Part shown: piece after piece, positions 1-13,174 of the stretch
Numbering within the stretch: the stretch's first letter is position 1
Layout of the letters: each line of letters opens with the position of its first letter
NCBI GenBank assembly: GCA_009914755.4
Contig: CP086569.2
Location: 12,800,001-12,864,000, forward strand
DNA length: 64,000 nucleotides
DNA from: the human T2T-CHM13v2.0 reference genome, Homo sapiens
Reading direction: 5' to 3'
Notes under the pieces: model-generated
What the model saw: the letters and a program-made list of their open reading frames with translations, nothing else
Database searches by the model: none
What the model was told of the DNA's origin: nothing
Position numbers and translations under genes: made by a program

Positions 1-196
1 CATAGTCCTGCACTACAGCTGTGTGTAATGAAAAAGGGTTGGGATGAGTTAGAGAGAGCTAGTGTGGGAGTAGCTTTAGGGCTGTTTTTAAGGAATGGAA
101 AGAGGAGTGGTGACAGGATTTAGGATCTATGGCGTCAGCTAGGTTTGCTTTTGTGAGTTTATATAATGATTTATTCAGGATAGTAAAACAAGGTAT

Positions 197-851
197 TTAA
201 AGGCAGAAGAAGCTAACCATCCCTAGGAAGGAAAGGAGTTGTTGTTTTGTAGTAGGGGTAGGTGTTTGGGAGATTAGCCAGACATGATCATCAGGGAGAG
301 CACGTGTGTTCTTATGAAGAATTATGCCAAGATATATAATGGATAAGGAAGAAATTTGAGCTTGACTGAAGAAATGGGGGCTGTCCATGAAGCCTTGCAG
401 CAGAACAGCCCAACTAATTTGCTGAGCCTGATGGGTGTCAAGGTCAGTCCAGGTGAAAGTGAAGAAAGACTGGGATGAAGCATGCAAAGGAATAGTAAAG
501 AAAGCATGTTTGAGACCCAGAATGGAATAATGGGTTATGGAGGTATTGTGAAGGGAGGTATTGAGGATAGGAGAATATATGGGTTTGGCACCATGGGGTG
601 GATAGGCAAAATAATTTGGTTGATAAGGTGCAGATCTTGAACTAAAGTGTAAGACTTGTCTGGTTTTTGGACAGGTAAAATGGAGAATTGTAAGGAGAGT
701 TTATAGGCTTTAAAAGTCCATGCTGTAACAGGAGAGTGATAACTGGCTTTAATCCTTTTAGAGCTTGCTGTGGGATGGGATATTGGCATTGAGTAGGGTA
801 AGAGTGATTAGGTGTTAACGGGATGGTAAGGGGTGCATGATTGGTCACCAA
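197..851 (-). pseudogene. Degenerate retroviral pol reverse-transcriptase region, frameshifted across at least 3 frames
   Basis: Minus ORFs give QYPIPQQALKGLKPVITLLLQHGLLKPINSPYNSP, ILPVQKPDKSYTLVQDLHLINQIILPIHPMVPNPYILLS and FTFTWTDLDTHQAQQISWAVLLQGF...QQLLSFLGM. These are collinear with MLV-type RT (QYPMSQEA..LLPVKKPG..VQDLREVN..HPTVPNPYNLLS..FAFEW..LPQGFKNSP..LREFLG). Confidence 0.85.
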
Positions 852-3039
852 GGAGGGAGTAGAGGTGTCGCATACCTGTGGATTAAGGTGGGGAGGTAAA
901 AGGGGAGGATGGGAAGGAGGCTTTGAACTGGGGAAAAGGGCAGCAGTGAGGTGTGGCTGTAGCCTAGGAATAGACAGGGTAGCAGATAATTTTGTTAAAA
1001 TGTCTCAACCTAATAAGGGAACTGGGCAGGTCGGGATAAGTAAAAATGAGTGCATTAAAGAATGTTGTCCAAGTTGGCACCAGAGTTGGGGAGTTTTACA
1101 TGCTTTAGAAGCCTCACCATCAATACCCACAACAGTTATGGAGGCAAAGGAAACAGGCTTTTGAAAGGAAGGTAATGTGGAGTTGGTAGCCTCTGTATTG
1201 ATTAAGAAGGCAATGGACTTACTCTGTACTGTAAGTTACTGAAAGCAACTTTGATGGTCCAGGGAGCTTCCCAGGTGATCGGGCAGCCTCAGTCTTCAGT
1301 GGCTAAGCTGAGAAGATCTGGGAAGGAGTCAGTCAGAGAGCCTTGGACCAGAGTTCCAGGGGCTCTGGGAGTGGCTGCCAAATGAGTTGGACAGTCCAAT
1401 TTCCAGTGGGGTCCCACACAGATGGGACACAGCTTAGGAGGAATCCCAGGCTATGGGCATTCCATGGCCCAGTGGCCAGATTTCTGTCACTTGAAGCAAG
1501 ATCCTGATGAAGTAGGTCCTGTAGGAATGTTGACTGCTGTGGCTCAGGCATTTAGAAGTTTTTGTATGCCAGAGGTGCGGCTGGGTTTTGTCTCACATCA
1601 GAGGGAAATAATTGCAACTCAGAAATGTGTTGCAGTCTGGTTGCCTCCTCTCTATTATTGTACACCTAGAAGACGAGTTTGATTAATTCCCGTTGTTGGG
1701 TTTGAGGGCTGGATTCTAATTTTTGAACCTTTTTTTAAATGTCAGGAGCTGACTGGGTGATAAAATGCATATTGAGAATAAGGCGGCCTTCTGGCCACTC
1801 TGGGTCTAGGGCAGTAAAGTGTCTAAGGGTTGCTGCCAAACAGGCCATGAACTGGGCTGGGTTTTTATATTTGATGAAAAAGAGCCTAAACACTTACTGA
1901 TTTGGGAGAGGATGGATAAGAAAAAGGAACATTAACCTTGACTATGCCTTTAGCTCCATCCACCTCTTTAAGAGGAAATGATTGGGCAGGTGAGGGAAGG
2001 CTAGTTGCAGAACAAAACTGTAAGCCAGACCAGGTGTGAGGAGGGGAGGTGATAGAAGGATTATAGGGTGGGGGAGTGGAGGCTGAGGAAGAATTGGAGC
2101 CTGATTCAGGCTGGTGGGGAGTGACCTGAGGAGGAGCAGTCTGGGGAAGAGGTGAGAGGTCAGATGGGTCGGTAGAAAAGGAAGATTGAAAAGACTAATT
2201 GACACTTGGGGTTGGACTGAGGGGACAGGCAGGAGGGAAAGAAGGATGATTTGGGACAAGCCACACTGGCAACAGAGTAGGGAGGGACCGATGTGTAAAA
2301 TAATGCCTGGATGTCAGGCTCCACAGACCATTTGCCCATTTTATGACAAGAATTATCTAGATTTTGTAGGATGGAGAAATTGAAAGTGCTGTCTTCTGGC
2401 TATGGAACCATTGTCGAGTTTGTATTGGGGTCAAGTGGTGTTTTGGAAGAAAATAAAGCATTTAGGTTTCAGGTCAGGTGTGAGTTGAAGAGGTTTTAAG
2501 TTCTTGAGAACACAGGCTAAGGGCAAAGAGGGAGGAATGGAGGGTTGAAGTTTGCCCATAGTGAAAGAGGCAAGCCCAGAGAAAAGAGAGGGTAGAGATA
2601 TGGAGAGAAGGGGTGGTGGGTACTTGCCCCCCAGGAAAGTGGTACTTGTCACTAAGGTGGAGGATCAAGGTAAGTGCCCCTGGGGTGATCAGACGCCTCT
2701 GAAATGTGGGTGAATAATCAGACAAGTGTCCCCACAGTGATTAAACACCAAGGGAAGACTGTCTTCCTGAGTCCATGACCAGCGCCAGAGTTTTGGGTTC
2801 ACAGATAAAACATGTCTCCTCTGTCTCTGCCAGAAAAGAAAGGAATTGAAATTAAGAGAAGGGAGAGATTGAATGGTGATGCCAAGATTGAAAGGAGAAA
2901 GAGGTTTAGGGATAGTGAGAGAGGTTGTAGAAGAGAGTAAAAAGAGGCCGCTTACCCTATTTAAAATTGGTGAGACGTTCCTTAGGCTAGTTGGTCTTAG
3001 GACCAGAGGTTGTAGGTGGATCTTTCTCACAGAGCAAAC

Positions 3040-3573
3040 AGCAGGAGGACAGGGGTTTGACCTCCCAAGGGAGGTCCCCTGATCTGAGTCACAGCACCAA
3101 ATGTCACATGCATCTGTGTAAAGAGACCACTAAACAGTCTTTGTGTGAGCAATAAAGCTTTTTAACCACCTGGGTGCAGGTAGGCTGTGTCCGGGTTTCA
3201 GCACCAAATGTCATGTGCATCCATGTGAAGAGACCACCAAACAGACTTTGTGTTAGCAATAAAGCTTTTTAACCACCTGGGTGCAGGCGGGCTGAGTCTG
3301 AAAAGAGAGTCAGTGAAGGGAGATGGGGTGGGGCTGTTTTATAGGATTTGGGTAGGTAATGCAAAATTACAGTCAAAGGGTGTTGTTCTCTGGCAGGCAG
3401 GGGTGGGGGTCACCAGGTGCTCAGTGGGGGAGCCTCTGAACCAGGAGAAGGAGTTTCACAAGGTAATGTCATCAGTTAAGGCAGGAACTGGCCATTTTCA
3501 TCTCTTTTGTGATTCTTCACTTGCTTCAGGCCACCTGGTTGTATAAGTGCAGGCTTGGGCTCAGAGGCCTGAC
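3040..3573 (-). repeat. LTR12-family (ERV9) 5' LTR of the provirus. It is a short form with an internal tandem duplication of about 115 bp (3094-3208 and 3209-3300). The inner boundary towards the leader is uncertain.
   Basis: The rc of 3573 downward reads TGTCAGGCCTCTGAGCCCAAGCCTGCACTTATACAACCAGGTGGCCTGAAGCAAGTGAAGAATCACAAAAGAGATGAAAATGGCCAGTTCC, the canonical LTR12 5' terminus. The region ends in the AATAAAGC/caccaaacag block, duplicated. Confidence 0.7.
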
Positions 3574-5451
3574 ATGAAGTACAATCTAGATATCTCTTAT
3601 CTTCCCCCAAAAGAGTTTTTTTGTTGTTGTCTTTGAAAGCCTGGAACAGAGATAATTAATATGCAAAGACAGATAATGTCAGTTTTCTAAGAATTTCCAA
3701 AAGTCACCAAGCCTATGAAAAGCAGAACCATTCCTGAAAACACATGTTCAAAATGTTGGAAAAAGAATTATAATAGATTCCAGAAGAAGTCAGAAGAATC
3801 CCCCATGAGCAAAACAAGCCTGTTCAGCTGCTCAGCCTGCATGTGGGACGCAGTTTTATTTCTCTGGATGTCAGCATTTCTCTGCACATAGGCCTAGCTG
3901 CAAAAGACATTTCCACCCTCAGCTGGATGAAGGGGCCAGACCACATTGTAGGACATCTCCTCCAGATACTCTGGCCACTGTCCTGGGTGTTCAGTGTGTG
4001 GTCAACAGTCAGTCTTCCTGGACAAGGAAAAGGAGAGAGACAGTGTGACCTAGCGAGGTGATAGCAGGGAGGAGTCCCACAGAAGATGGTTACAGACTCT
4101 TCTTTCCTGAAGGAACACAGCTAGGTTGAGATTTTACCTAGTGGTCTGTTGGTTTCTCAGAGGCCAATGGAAATGTTGCAGGTGAGAATTTAGCTGCTGC
4201 TGGAGGGAGCAAGTTTCTGGAGAGGAAATTGGCCTCCCTTGTGGGGGATAAAGGATGGAAGGAAATGGATCAGAAGTCCCAGGGGCTGGCTGAGGAAGAA
4301 GAACTCTAACAGCAGGGCAGGAAATCTGCAGTCAGAATTGCAGTTGGTTTCTCCATTATCTCCTCTCTCTTCCTACTCTTGTTCTATCACTTCCTTGGCC
4401 CCAAAGCATCTCTGCCCATCTTTTCCCATCCTTCCCTCCCATGCCCTCTCCTCCCACAGTGCTTGCTCAACATTCTACCCATCCTTGCCTTTCCTTCTCA
4501 GAAAAACACTTGTTATGGTTATTTCTTGATGACATGTTAAACAAAGGTGGATTATTCATGCCTCCCCTTTTTAGATAATATAGGGTAACTTCTGGAGGTT
4601 GCCATGGCATTTGTAAACTGTCATGGCACTAGTAGGAGTGCAGCAGTGAGGACAAGTAGAGGTCTCTCTCGTGGCCATCTTGAGTTTGGTGGGATTTGGC
4701 TGACTTCTTTACAGTAAACTGTTTCATCAGCAAGGTCTTTATAACCTGTGTCTTGCGCTGACCTTCCATCTCCTCCTGTGACTTCTAAGTCTGGGAATAC
4801 AGCCCAGTAGTTCTCAGCCTCATTTTATCTAGCTCCTATTCAAAATTGATTTGCACTGGGTCACATACCTCTGATAGACTGTAGAAAGTTGAAAAGTTCC
4901 TTTTCAAAGCTCATATTGGTTTAAAAATGAAATAATAGATGTTAGAAATAATAGTTCCTTACTCTAAAGCTTCCTATCAACTATTAGTTCTTATGCTTTA
5001 GCCCAGTTAATTGCTTTGGCTTAGTCAGGCATGACCAGACAGGCACAGGCAAATCTTAGTTTATAGCTTATGTCCCTTCCTTATTTGAAAATGTTATTGT
5101 TTCCTTAAACCTTTGTAAGCAACTTCCTCTCCTACTTTGTCCTCCCTTGCACTTACCTGTTTAGGAAAGTTTTAGGCTATTAGCAAACTGGGTATCAGTT
5201 TAAGACTGTGAGGTCCACCTCCAGCCAGTGGACGCAGGACACAGCAGTAAAGACAACCCAAATGTGTAAGGGTTAAATATGTCTGCTTTTTCTTTGCAAA
5301 CGTGCTCTTGCCATTATTCCATCTGTGATTGAACACCCTTTCTTCAGAAAGTAAAAATTGCCTTGCTGAGAGATCCTTTTTCTCCATGCTGACTTTTCTT
5401 TATGGTGCTAATTATCTATTTCTAAACAGACTTATCCTCGGTGAAGTGTCA

Positions 5452-6545
5452 AGACTTCACAGCTGAAGGTTGCCTGTTCACTCTGATGGTAGTTTCTTTT
5501 GCTGTGCAGAAGCTCTTTAGTTTAATTAGATCTCATTTGTCAATTTTGGCTTTTGTTGCCATTGCTTTTGGTGCTTTAGACATGAAGTCCTTGCCCATGA
5601 ATGGGAGAAAATTTTTGCAATCTACTCATCTGAAAAAGAGCTAATATCCAGAATCTACAATGAACTCAAACAAATTTACAAGAAAAAAAACAACCCCATC
5701 AAAAAGTGGGCAAAGGATACGAACAGACACTTCTCCAAAGAAGATATTTATGCAGCCAAAAGACACATGAAAAAATGCTCATCATCACTGGCCATCAGAG
5801 AAATGCAAATCAAAACCACAATGAGATACCATCTCACACCAGTTACAATGGCCATCATTAAAAAGTCGGGAAACAACAGGTGCTGGAGAGGATGTGGAGA
5901 AATAGGAATACTTTTACACTGTTGGTGGAACTGTAAACTAGTTCAACCATTGTGGAAGTCAGTGTGGCATTTCCTCAGGGAACTAGAACTAGAAATACCA
6001 TTTGACCCAGCCATCCCATTACTGGGTATATACCAAAAGGATTATAAAACATGCTGCTATAAAGACACATACACACATATATTTATTGTGGCACTATTCA
6101 CTATAGGAAAGACTTGGAACCAACCCAAATGTCCATCAGTGATAGACTGGATAAAGAAAATGTGGCACATATACACCATGGAATACTATGCAGCCATAAA
6201 AATTGATGAGTTCATGCCCTTTGTAGGGACATGGATGAAGCTGGAAACCATCATTCTCAGCAAACTATTGCAAGGACAAAAAACCACACACTGCATGTTC
6301 TCACTCATAGGTGGGAATTGAACAATGAGAACACATGGACACAGGAAGGGGAACATCACACACTGGGGACTGTTGTGGGATGGGGGGAGGGGGGAGGGTT
6401 AGCATTAGGAGATATACCTAATGTTAAATGAAGAGTTAATGGGTGCAGCACACCACCATGGCACATGTATACATACGTAACAAACCTGCACATTGTGCAC
6501 ATGTACCCTAAAACTTAAAGTATAATTTAAAAAAAAAAGAAAGAA
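5452..6545 (+). mobile_element. L1 (L1PA-like) 3' end insertion with twin-priming 5' inversion. Positions 5452-5598 are antisense ORF2. Positions 5599-6545 are sense ORF2 C-terminus plus 3' UTR plus poly-A.
   Basis: The + ORF 5767-6321 matches the L1 ORF2 C-terminus ([26 protein letters not shown]...FSLIGGN). The segment 5455-5598 is the reverse complement of the immediately upstream ORF2 part (antisense reading [16 protein letters not shown]). A poly-A lies at 6527-6545. Confidence 0.85.
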
Positions 6546-6869
6546 AAAAAGAATTCACAGCTGAGTAGAGAGGTTGTGTGGACTTAGGAAATGTTTCTGG
6601 GCAGCTTAAAGGAGCCAGAATAAATGGCCCCCAAATTGCCCTGAGACTCGGGGCTGGCTTTTGAGCCCCTGAGTAATGTTGAACAGATTTTTGCATAGAG
6701 ATCAATGTCGTCACTTCTTCAGGTTGGTCAAAGGTGAGGAGGATTAGAGGATGAATGCATTTCAAGTCAGAGTCACAGCTCTGGAAGTTTTAATCCTATG
6801 AACCTTTAATCTAACTAAGGCAACAGACCCTATTGCTTTAAGACACGGCTCTGAACCCCAATGTTCATG

Positions 6870-7730
6870 TATGTGCTAGTCTTCTGGGGCTGCCATAATG
6901 AAGTCCCACAGAATGGGTGGCTTAAACAAAAGGGATTTGTTTTGTCAGGGTCTTGGAGCCTGGAAGTCCCATATGAAGGTGTGGGCAGGGCTGGTTCCTC
7001 GTGAGGCGTCTCTCCTTGGCTTGTAGATGCCATCTTCTCCACGTGTCCTCATGTGATCATCCCTTTGTGTGTGTCTTTTTTCCAATCTCCTCTTCTTACA
7101 GGATGCCTTAGTCCATTTTAGGCTGCTGTAATGGAATACCATAGGTTAGGTGGTTTTTAAACAATAGACATTTCTTCTCTCACAGTCCTGGAGACTGGAA
7201 GACTGAGATCCAGTTGTGGGCATGGCTGGTTCCTCCTTAGGCATCTCTCCTGGGCTTGTAGACACCATCTTCTCCCTGTGTCCTCACAGAGTTATTCCTC
7301 TGTGTGGGTCTGTGTCCTCATCTCCTCATCTTATGAGGTGTCTTAGTCCATTTCAGGCTGCGATTACAGAATCCCATAGACTGAGTGGCTTGTAAACAAC
7401 AGACATTGATTCTCCCACAGTCCTGGAGGCTGGAAGTCCAAGATCAAGGTGTGGGCAGGGGTGGTTAGTCCTGAGTCCTCTTTCCTGGGCTTGGAGACAC
7501 CATCTTCTCCCTGCATCCTCCCAGGGTTGTCCTTCTGTGTGTGTCTGTGTCCTCATCTCCTCTTCTTAAAGGACCCCAGTCATATTGAATTAGGGCCCAA
7601 TCTAATAACCTCATTTTACTTTAATTACCTCTTTAGATACCCCATTTTCAGATATAGTCACACTTTGAGGGTTAGGGCTTCAACATATAAATTTTGGAGG
7701 GACTCAATTCAGCCCATTGCAGTGGACTAA
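6870..7730. repeat. Three tandem partial copies (period about 240 bp) of a high-copy interspersed repeat family that I cannot name with confidence. Its termini are ggctgctgtaa..ataccatag..tggctt..aaacaa..cacagtcctggaggctggaagtccaagatcaaggtg.
   Basis: Three consecutive units with the same motif order. The same family recurs at 25490-26110, 27900-28570, 31290-31560 and 51455-52300. Confidence 0.45.
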
Positions 7731-7929
7731 TGCCAGCTCAGTACTTCCCAAGCTCTGCAACCCTGGTTCGTTGTATGCATTCTCAAAGCCCCTTTTTCCT
7801 TATTTGTAAAATGAGATTACTCATGTCAATGAATTTAACTCCATAAAACTGTTTGGAAAATTCCTGGATATTAGCAAATGCTCAATATATGTTAGCCTTT
7901 ATTACATTATTAATCAATATCTTCCACCA

Positions 7930-8575
7930 CTTACACGAGCTTGGTGGGAATGTAAATTAATACAATCTCTGTAGAAAACAGTATGGAGATTTCTCAGAGA
8001 GCTAAAAATAGAGCTACCATTTCATCCAGCAATCCTACTACTGGGTATCTACCCAAAGGAAAATAGATCATTATATCAAAAAGATACTTGCACTCATATA
8101 TGTTTATCACAGCACTATTGACAATAGGTAAGTCATGGAATCAACCTAAGTGTCCATCATTGTAGGACTGAATAAAGAAAATGTGGTACACATATATTAT
8201 GGAATACTATTCAGCCACAAAAAAGAATGAAATCATGTCTTTTGCAGCAACACAGATGGAATTGGAGGCTACTATCTTAAAGTGAAATAACTCAGAAACT
8301 GAAAGTCAAATGCTGCATGATCTCTCTAGTAAGTGGAAGCTAAATAATGTGTGCACATGTACATGAAGATGAAAATAATAGATACTGGGGACTCCAAAAA
8401 GGGTGAAGGTGGGAGGGGAGTGAGGGTTGAAAAACTACCTGTTGGGTACAATGTTCACTGTTTGGGTGATGGGTTCACTAGAAGCTGAACCTCACCTTTG
8501 CATAATATATCCATAAAAGAAACACAAACATGCACCACCTGAATTTAAAAAATTATAAAGGCAAAAAAAACCCCA
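7930..8575 (+). mobile_element. Older L1 (L1PB/L1M-like) 3' end with short poly-A
   Basis: Matches the L1 3' ORF2/UTR consensus (ctaccatttcatccagcaatcctactactgggtatctacccaaaggaaaat ... ggaatactattcagccacaaaaaagaatgaaatcatgtcttttgcagcaaca). Identity to young L1 is reduced. Confidence 0.7.
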
Positions 8576-8929
8576 CAATATTGTATTTTAGTTTGTTTCT
8601 TTTTGAAAACATAGTTAGATGCTTTTTCCTAAAATGTCACTGGATTTCAAAAACTTACCACACACAGAAAAAATAAAAAATTCTTCCAAATGCAAGTAAG
8701 TCAGCTTCTTCCTGGTGAAACAAGCTTCTACCTGGTGAAAGAAGCTTTCTCATTGGAATTTTCCTTGTAGCTATCTATCCGGAGAAGAGTTTTGGTGTAT
8801 GATATGGTTTGGATCTATGTCCCCATTCAAATCTCTTGTTGAATTGTAGTCCCCACTGACTGCATGGTCGCATCCCCTGGAGGGTTTAAAAAAGAATCCA
8901 GTGGCAGGTTCTGCTCCTGGAGATTGTGA

Positions 8930-9060
8930 CTTACGTGCGGTGGGCTGGGGCACAGCTCCTCAGTGTGGTCCATAGGCTCATAGCATCAGCACCACGTGGG
9001 AGCTGTTGGAAATGCAGAATTTTGGGTCCTAGCCCCAACCTCCCACACCAGAATCTTCAT
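8930..9060 (-). mobile_element. MER5A-like (hAT-Charlie) fragment
   Basis: Contains ...ggaaatgcagaattttgggtcctagccccaacctc...ttttaacaagatcc, which resembles the MER5A core (gaaatgcaaattctc..gcccc...tgttttaacaagccc). Confidence 0.3.
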
Positions 9061-11414
9061 TTTAACAAGATCCATATATACATTGAAGTTTCTGAAGCAT
9101 TGGTTGTGGGTGATGTCTCATATCTTTCTAGTTTGCTTTTTCTTTATGAATAAAGCCATACATACTGAAATTAGAAAGTATAAATTTTATATTAGGACAC
9201 CCTTCACAGGCAATCCATCCATGAAACACATTCACCTCAGAAACTCTTCATATGCCTAAATATGACATACACACTTAATGTTTGAAAAAAGATTTATTTA
9301 GTGGCTACTTGCTCTCATAGGCCTTTAATTTAATGCTGGATAAATTTGGAGCCAAAAAGGAAACTTAAACCTCCTTTAAAGTAAATTCTCCACCTGCTCA
9401 TCATTTTTTGTTGTTGCTGTTAATTCTAAACCAAAGCTAAGCCCCCAAAGAATGTCTCCTCTAATTCCAGGGGCACCATGTGGTATCTTAGAAAGAAATT
9501 ATATGTTAACAATTTGCAACCACAGATTCCCAGATAACCAGTAACTGGAAGAATAGGCATAACTCACAAAGAATGAAGAAAAATGGAGATGTTCTTTCAG
9601 CAAAAGCTTTATTTTTTTATTTTGGAAATTGGCTTCCTTATTTTGGCATTTTTCTTTCTAGATGTGGAGCAGCAGAATGATGGCTGCTTGTCACGTGCTT
9701 CATTCAATTTTAAATGCTTCTGATCATAATATTTGTGTTTAACCACCACTATTTTCTTCTTTTAATCTACCTGCATAATGACAGCTCAAATATGCATTTG
9801 CTCTAAATTGTTGCAGTTTTCAAGGTCTTCGCTAAAATTATGTAAGTAGGTACACTTGCTCTTCTTTATTGGTTACTTTAAGAAGATAACAGTCTTAGGC
9901 ACTGACATACTATAAATCATGTTTATCTTCTTTTCCATTCACCTCTCTTCCCTTTGGAATAACCATGCATCATTTGCCTACTCAGTTAAAATGCTATATG
10001 CTTGCACTGATGGCATATTCTGTTATAGTAAAATAAATGCAGATTTTTCTTCTGTAAGAAGAGTTCAAATAAAAACATCTTTAAAAATGTCGATTTTTTT
10101 CCCCTTGGTATATAGTTGGATAAAAATCCAGAGGGTTTATAGATCACCAGAGGTTACTTCTGACTTCAGAGTCAAAATAAGGAAGTTTGAATCTTTTGAA
10201 TTAATGTCACTTTTATTTCCCAAATGTGAGTCATGTAATAGTTTGCAAATGCAAAGAAATGTATTCCAAAACCACCAGAAAACATGAAGCTGCAAGTGAT
10301 CAAAGGAGGATAAGATTAATACTTTAGCATACCATATGTTGATGAATTTCTAAAAATACATTCTGTCTGCATTTCTAATTTCAAATAAAATCTTCTGTTT
10401 CCTGTGGGCACAAGGGATCATCTGTGAATCTTCTGACCCAGGGAAGAAGGAAGACGCAGCTCATGGCTAAAGCTCAGGAATCTCACTTGACCTTGTTAGC
10501 AGTTCCTAACAAAGTGGGATTTGAAGAAAACAGGAAAGTCATCCCAGTAATATATACTGTTCAAATATTGTGACCCTACCTATCCAATTTTATTATTCAC
10601 ATAAGTTGGTTCACACACTTCTATAAAGCAGTTCAAGTCTTTAATGAATATCTACAGCTACATATATCTATACATACACACACATACATACGTGCATCTA
10701 CATCTAGATGAGTATAAATGCATGCACATACATGACAGATAGATGGTGGATAGAGAAGTAATAGGTATATAGATAATAGATAAATTGATAATAGATGATA
10801 AATCGATACACACATGATATAACAGAATACATGATAGAAAAATAGAGGATAGGTAGAGAAAAAATAGATGAATGGATAAATAGATGATGAATGATATATA
10901 GATAGAAAGATAGATAATACATGAATGGATGCATGGAAGATAGCTGAAGAGATGGAATAAATATATAATGGATAGCTTGGTAGATGGATGTGATAGATAC
11001 ATAGATGATAGATAAATAGAAAATGGATAGATAGATGAGAGGTAGATAATAGATAAAGAAATACATGATAGAATAGATACACAATAGCTAGATGCATAGA
11101 CACACAGTCACACATATATGTATACATACATGAACACACACACACATATAGATGCTAAAGGGGCAGATATTTGGAGTCATAGGAATCCACGTATCTTTTA
11201 CTTCTCAAAATGAAAATGCTCTATATTAGGATTGTCAGGTCTAGCAAATGAAAATACAGAATGTTCAATTAAAAGTGAGTTTCAGATTAATGGTGGATTA
11301 TTTTTAGTAGAACTTATTAAATATGTAGGATGTACTTACAATATATTTTTTAAATTATTTTTTATCATAAATCCTAAGTTAAACTGAAGTCTTATATTTA
11401 GTCCTGCAACTCTA

Positions 11415-12428
<1,014 letters not shown>

Positions 12429-13119
12429 TCACTTGGCCCAGAGCTGGGCTTGCTACTGGAGCCATGTTCAGCGGATCATGGCTGTCTCTCCACTTGCTAG
12501 AGAAACAGTCGCTGTAGAATAAATTAATGAGTGTTTCTTGATTCCTAAGGACAAGTGCGTCTTGACTAGTTTATCTCTGGGTGTCCTGCAGCCCTATTTT
12601 TTTCTGTCTACCTTTTCTTTCTAAGCAGGCCTTTCCTTTTGTCACCTGCCTTGCCTCAGCAATCTAGTGCTCTTCATGCATTTGCTTATTTAGAAAAACA
12701 AAGTTAAAAAAATTTCTTATGAATGGCTTCCACTATTGCAAACATGCTCTCATTGAGTTTTGTTGGGCTTACCATTGCTGTCTTCTTCCCTTTTCCCTTG
12801 TCTCACACATCTAAAAGGATGATAGATAGACAGAATAGATACCCTAAAGGCTAGATGGATGATAGATGATAGAGAGTAGATAAATAGATGGATGATAAAT
12901 AGTTAGGTAGATAATAGGCAGATAGGTAGATGAATTTGAGTGGAGAGTAGGAAGCATTAACATATGAGGAGTGAGTTAATATGAAATTGGGTCACCCCCT
13001 CCCATAATTTAGAGAATATCTGATATACACAGAGCCCAGAAGTCCAACAAGGAGACACTTTTGTCTCCCGCACTTCTTTGCATTAAGTATTTGGCACATA
13101 ACATTGCATTTTATTTGAA

Positions 13120-13120
<1 letters not shown>

Positions 13121-13172
<52 letters not shown>
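13121..13172 (+). repeat. Perfect tetranucleotide STR (ATCT)13 inside a larger degenerate TATC-rich block (13060-13900)
   Basis: Direct reading: atctatct... repeated 13 times without interruption. Confidence 0.95.

Positions 13173-13174
<2 letters not shown>

Larger units (their letters stand above)
1..3573 (-). mobile_element. HERV9/ERV9 (class I, gamma-like) provirus, 5' portion: 5' LTR, leader, gag/pro remnants and pol (RT); continues beyond the window start
   Basis: Minus-strand frames at 197-851 give RT motifs. The leader sequence (rc of 2690-3040) matches the HERV9 leader/PBS region as I remember it. The LTR12-type LTR is adjacent at 3040-3573. Confidence 0.75.

Noticed and set aside
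3025-3045. Purine-rich run agcaggaggacagggg, first read as a polypurine tract preceding a plus-strand 3' LTR
   Set aside because: The pol RT motifs lie on the minus strand downstream. The reverse complement of 3573 downward gives the canonical LTR12 start TGTCAGGCC. The element is therefore a minus-strand 5' LTR, and the purine run is part of the leader in antisense.
3094-3300. Two about 115-bp tandem units containing AATAAAGC, which look like duplicated promoters or poly-A signals
   Set aside because: The duplication is internal to the LTR12 R/U5-proximal region. It has no independent feature status beyond noting the rearranged LTR.
8795-8870. tgatatggtttggatctatgtccccattcaaatctcttgttgaattgtag, resembling a THE1/MST LTR start
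   Set aside because: Only about 60 bp of similarity, then divergence. It is too short to call a MaLR LTR with confidence.
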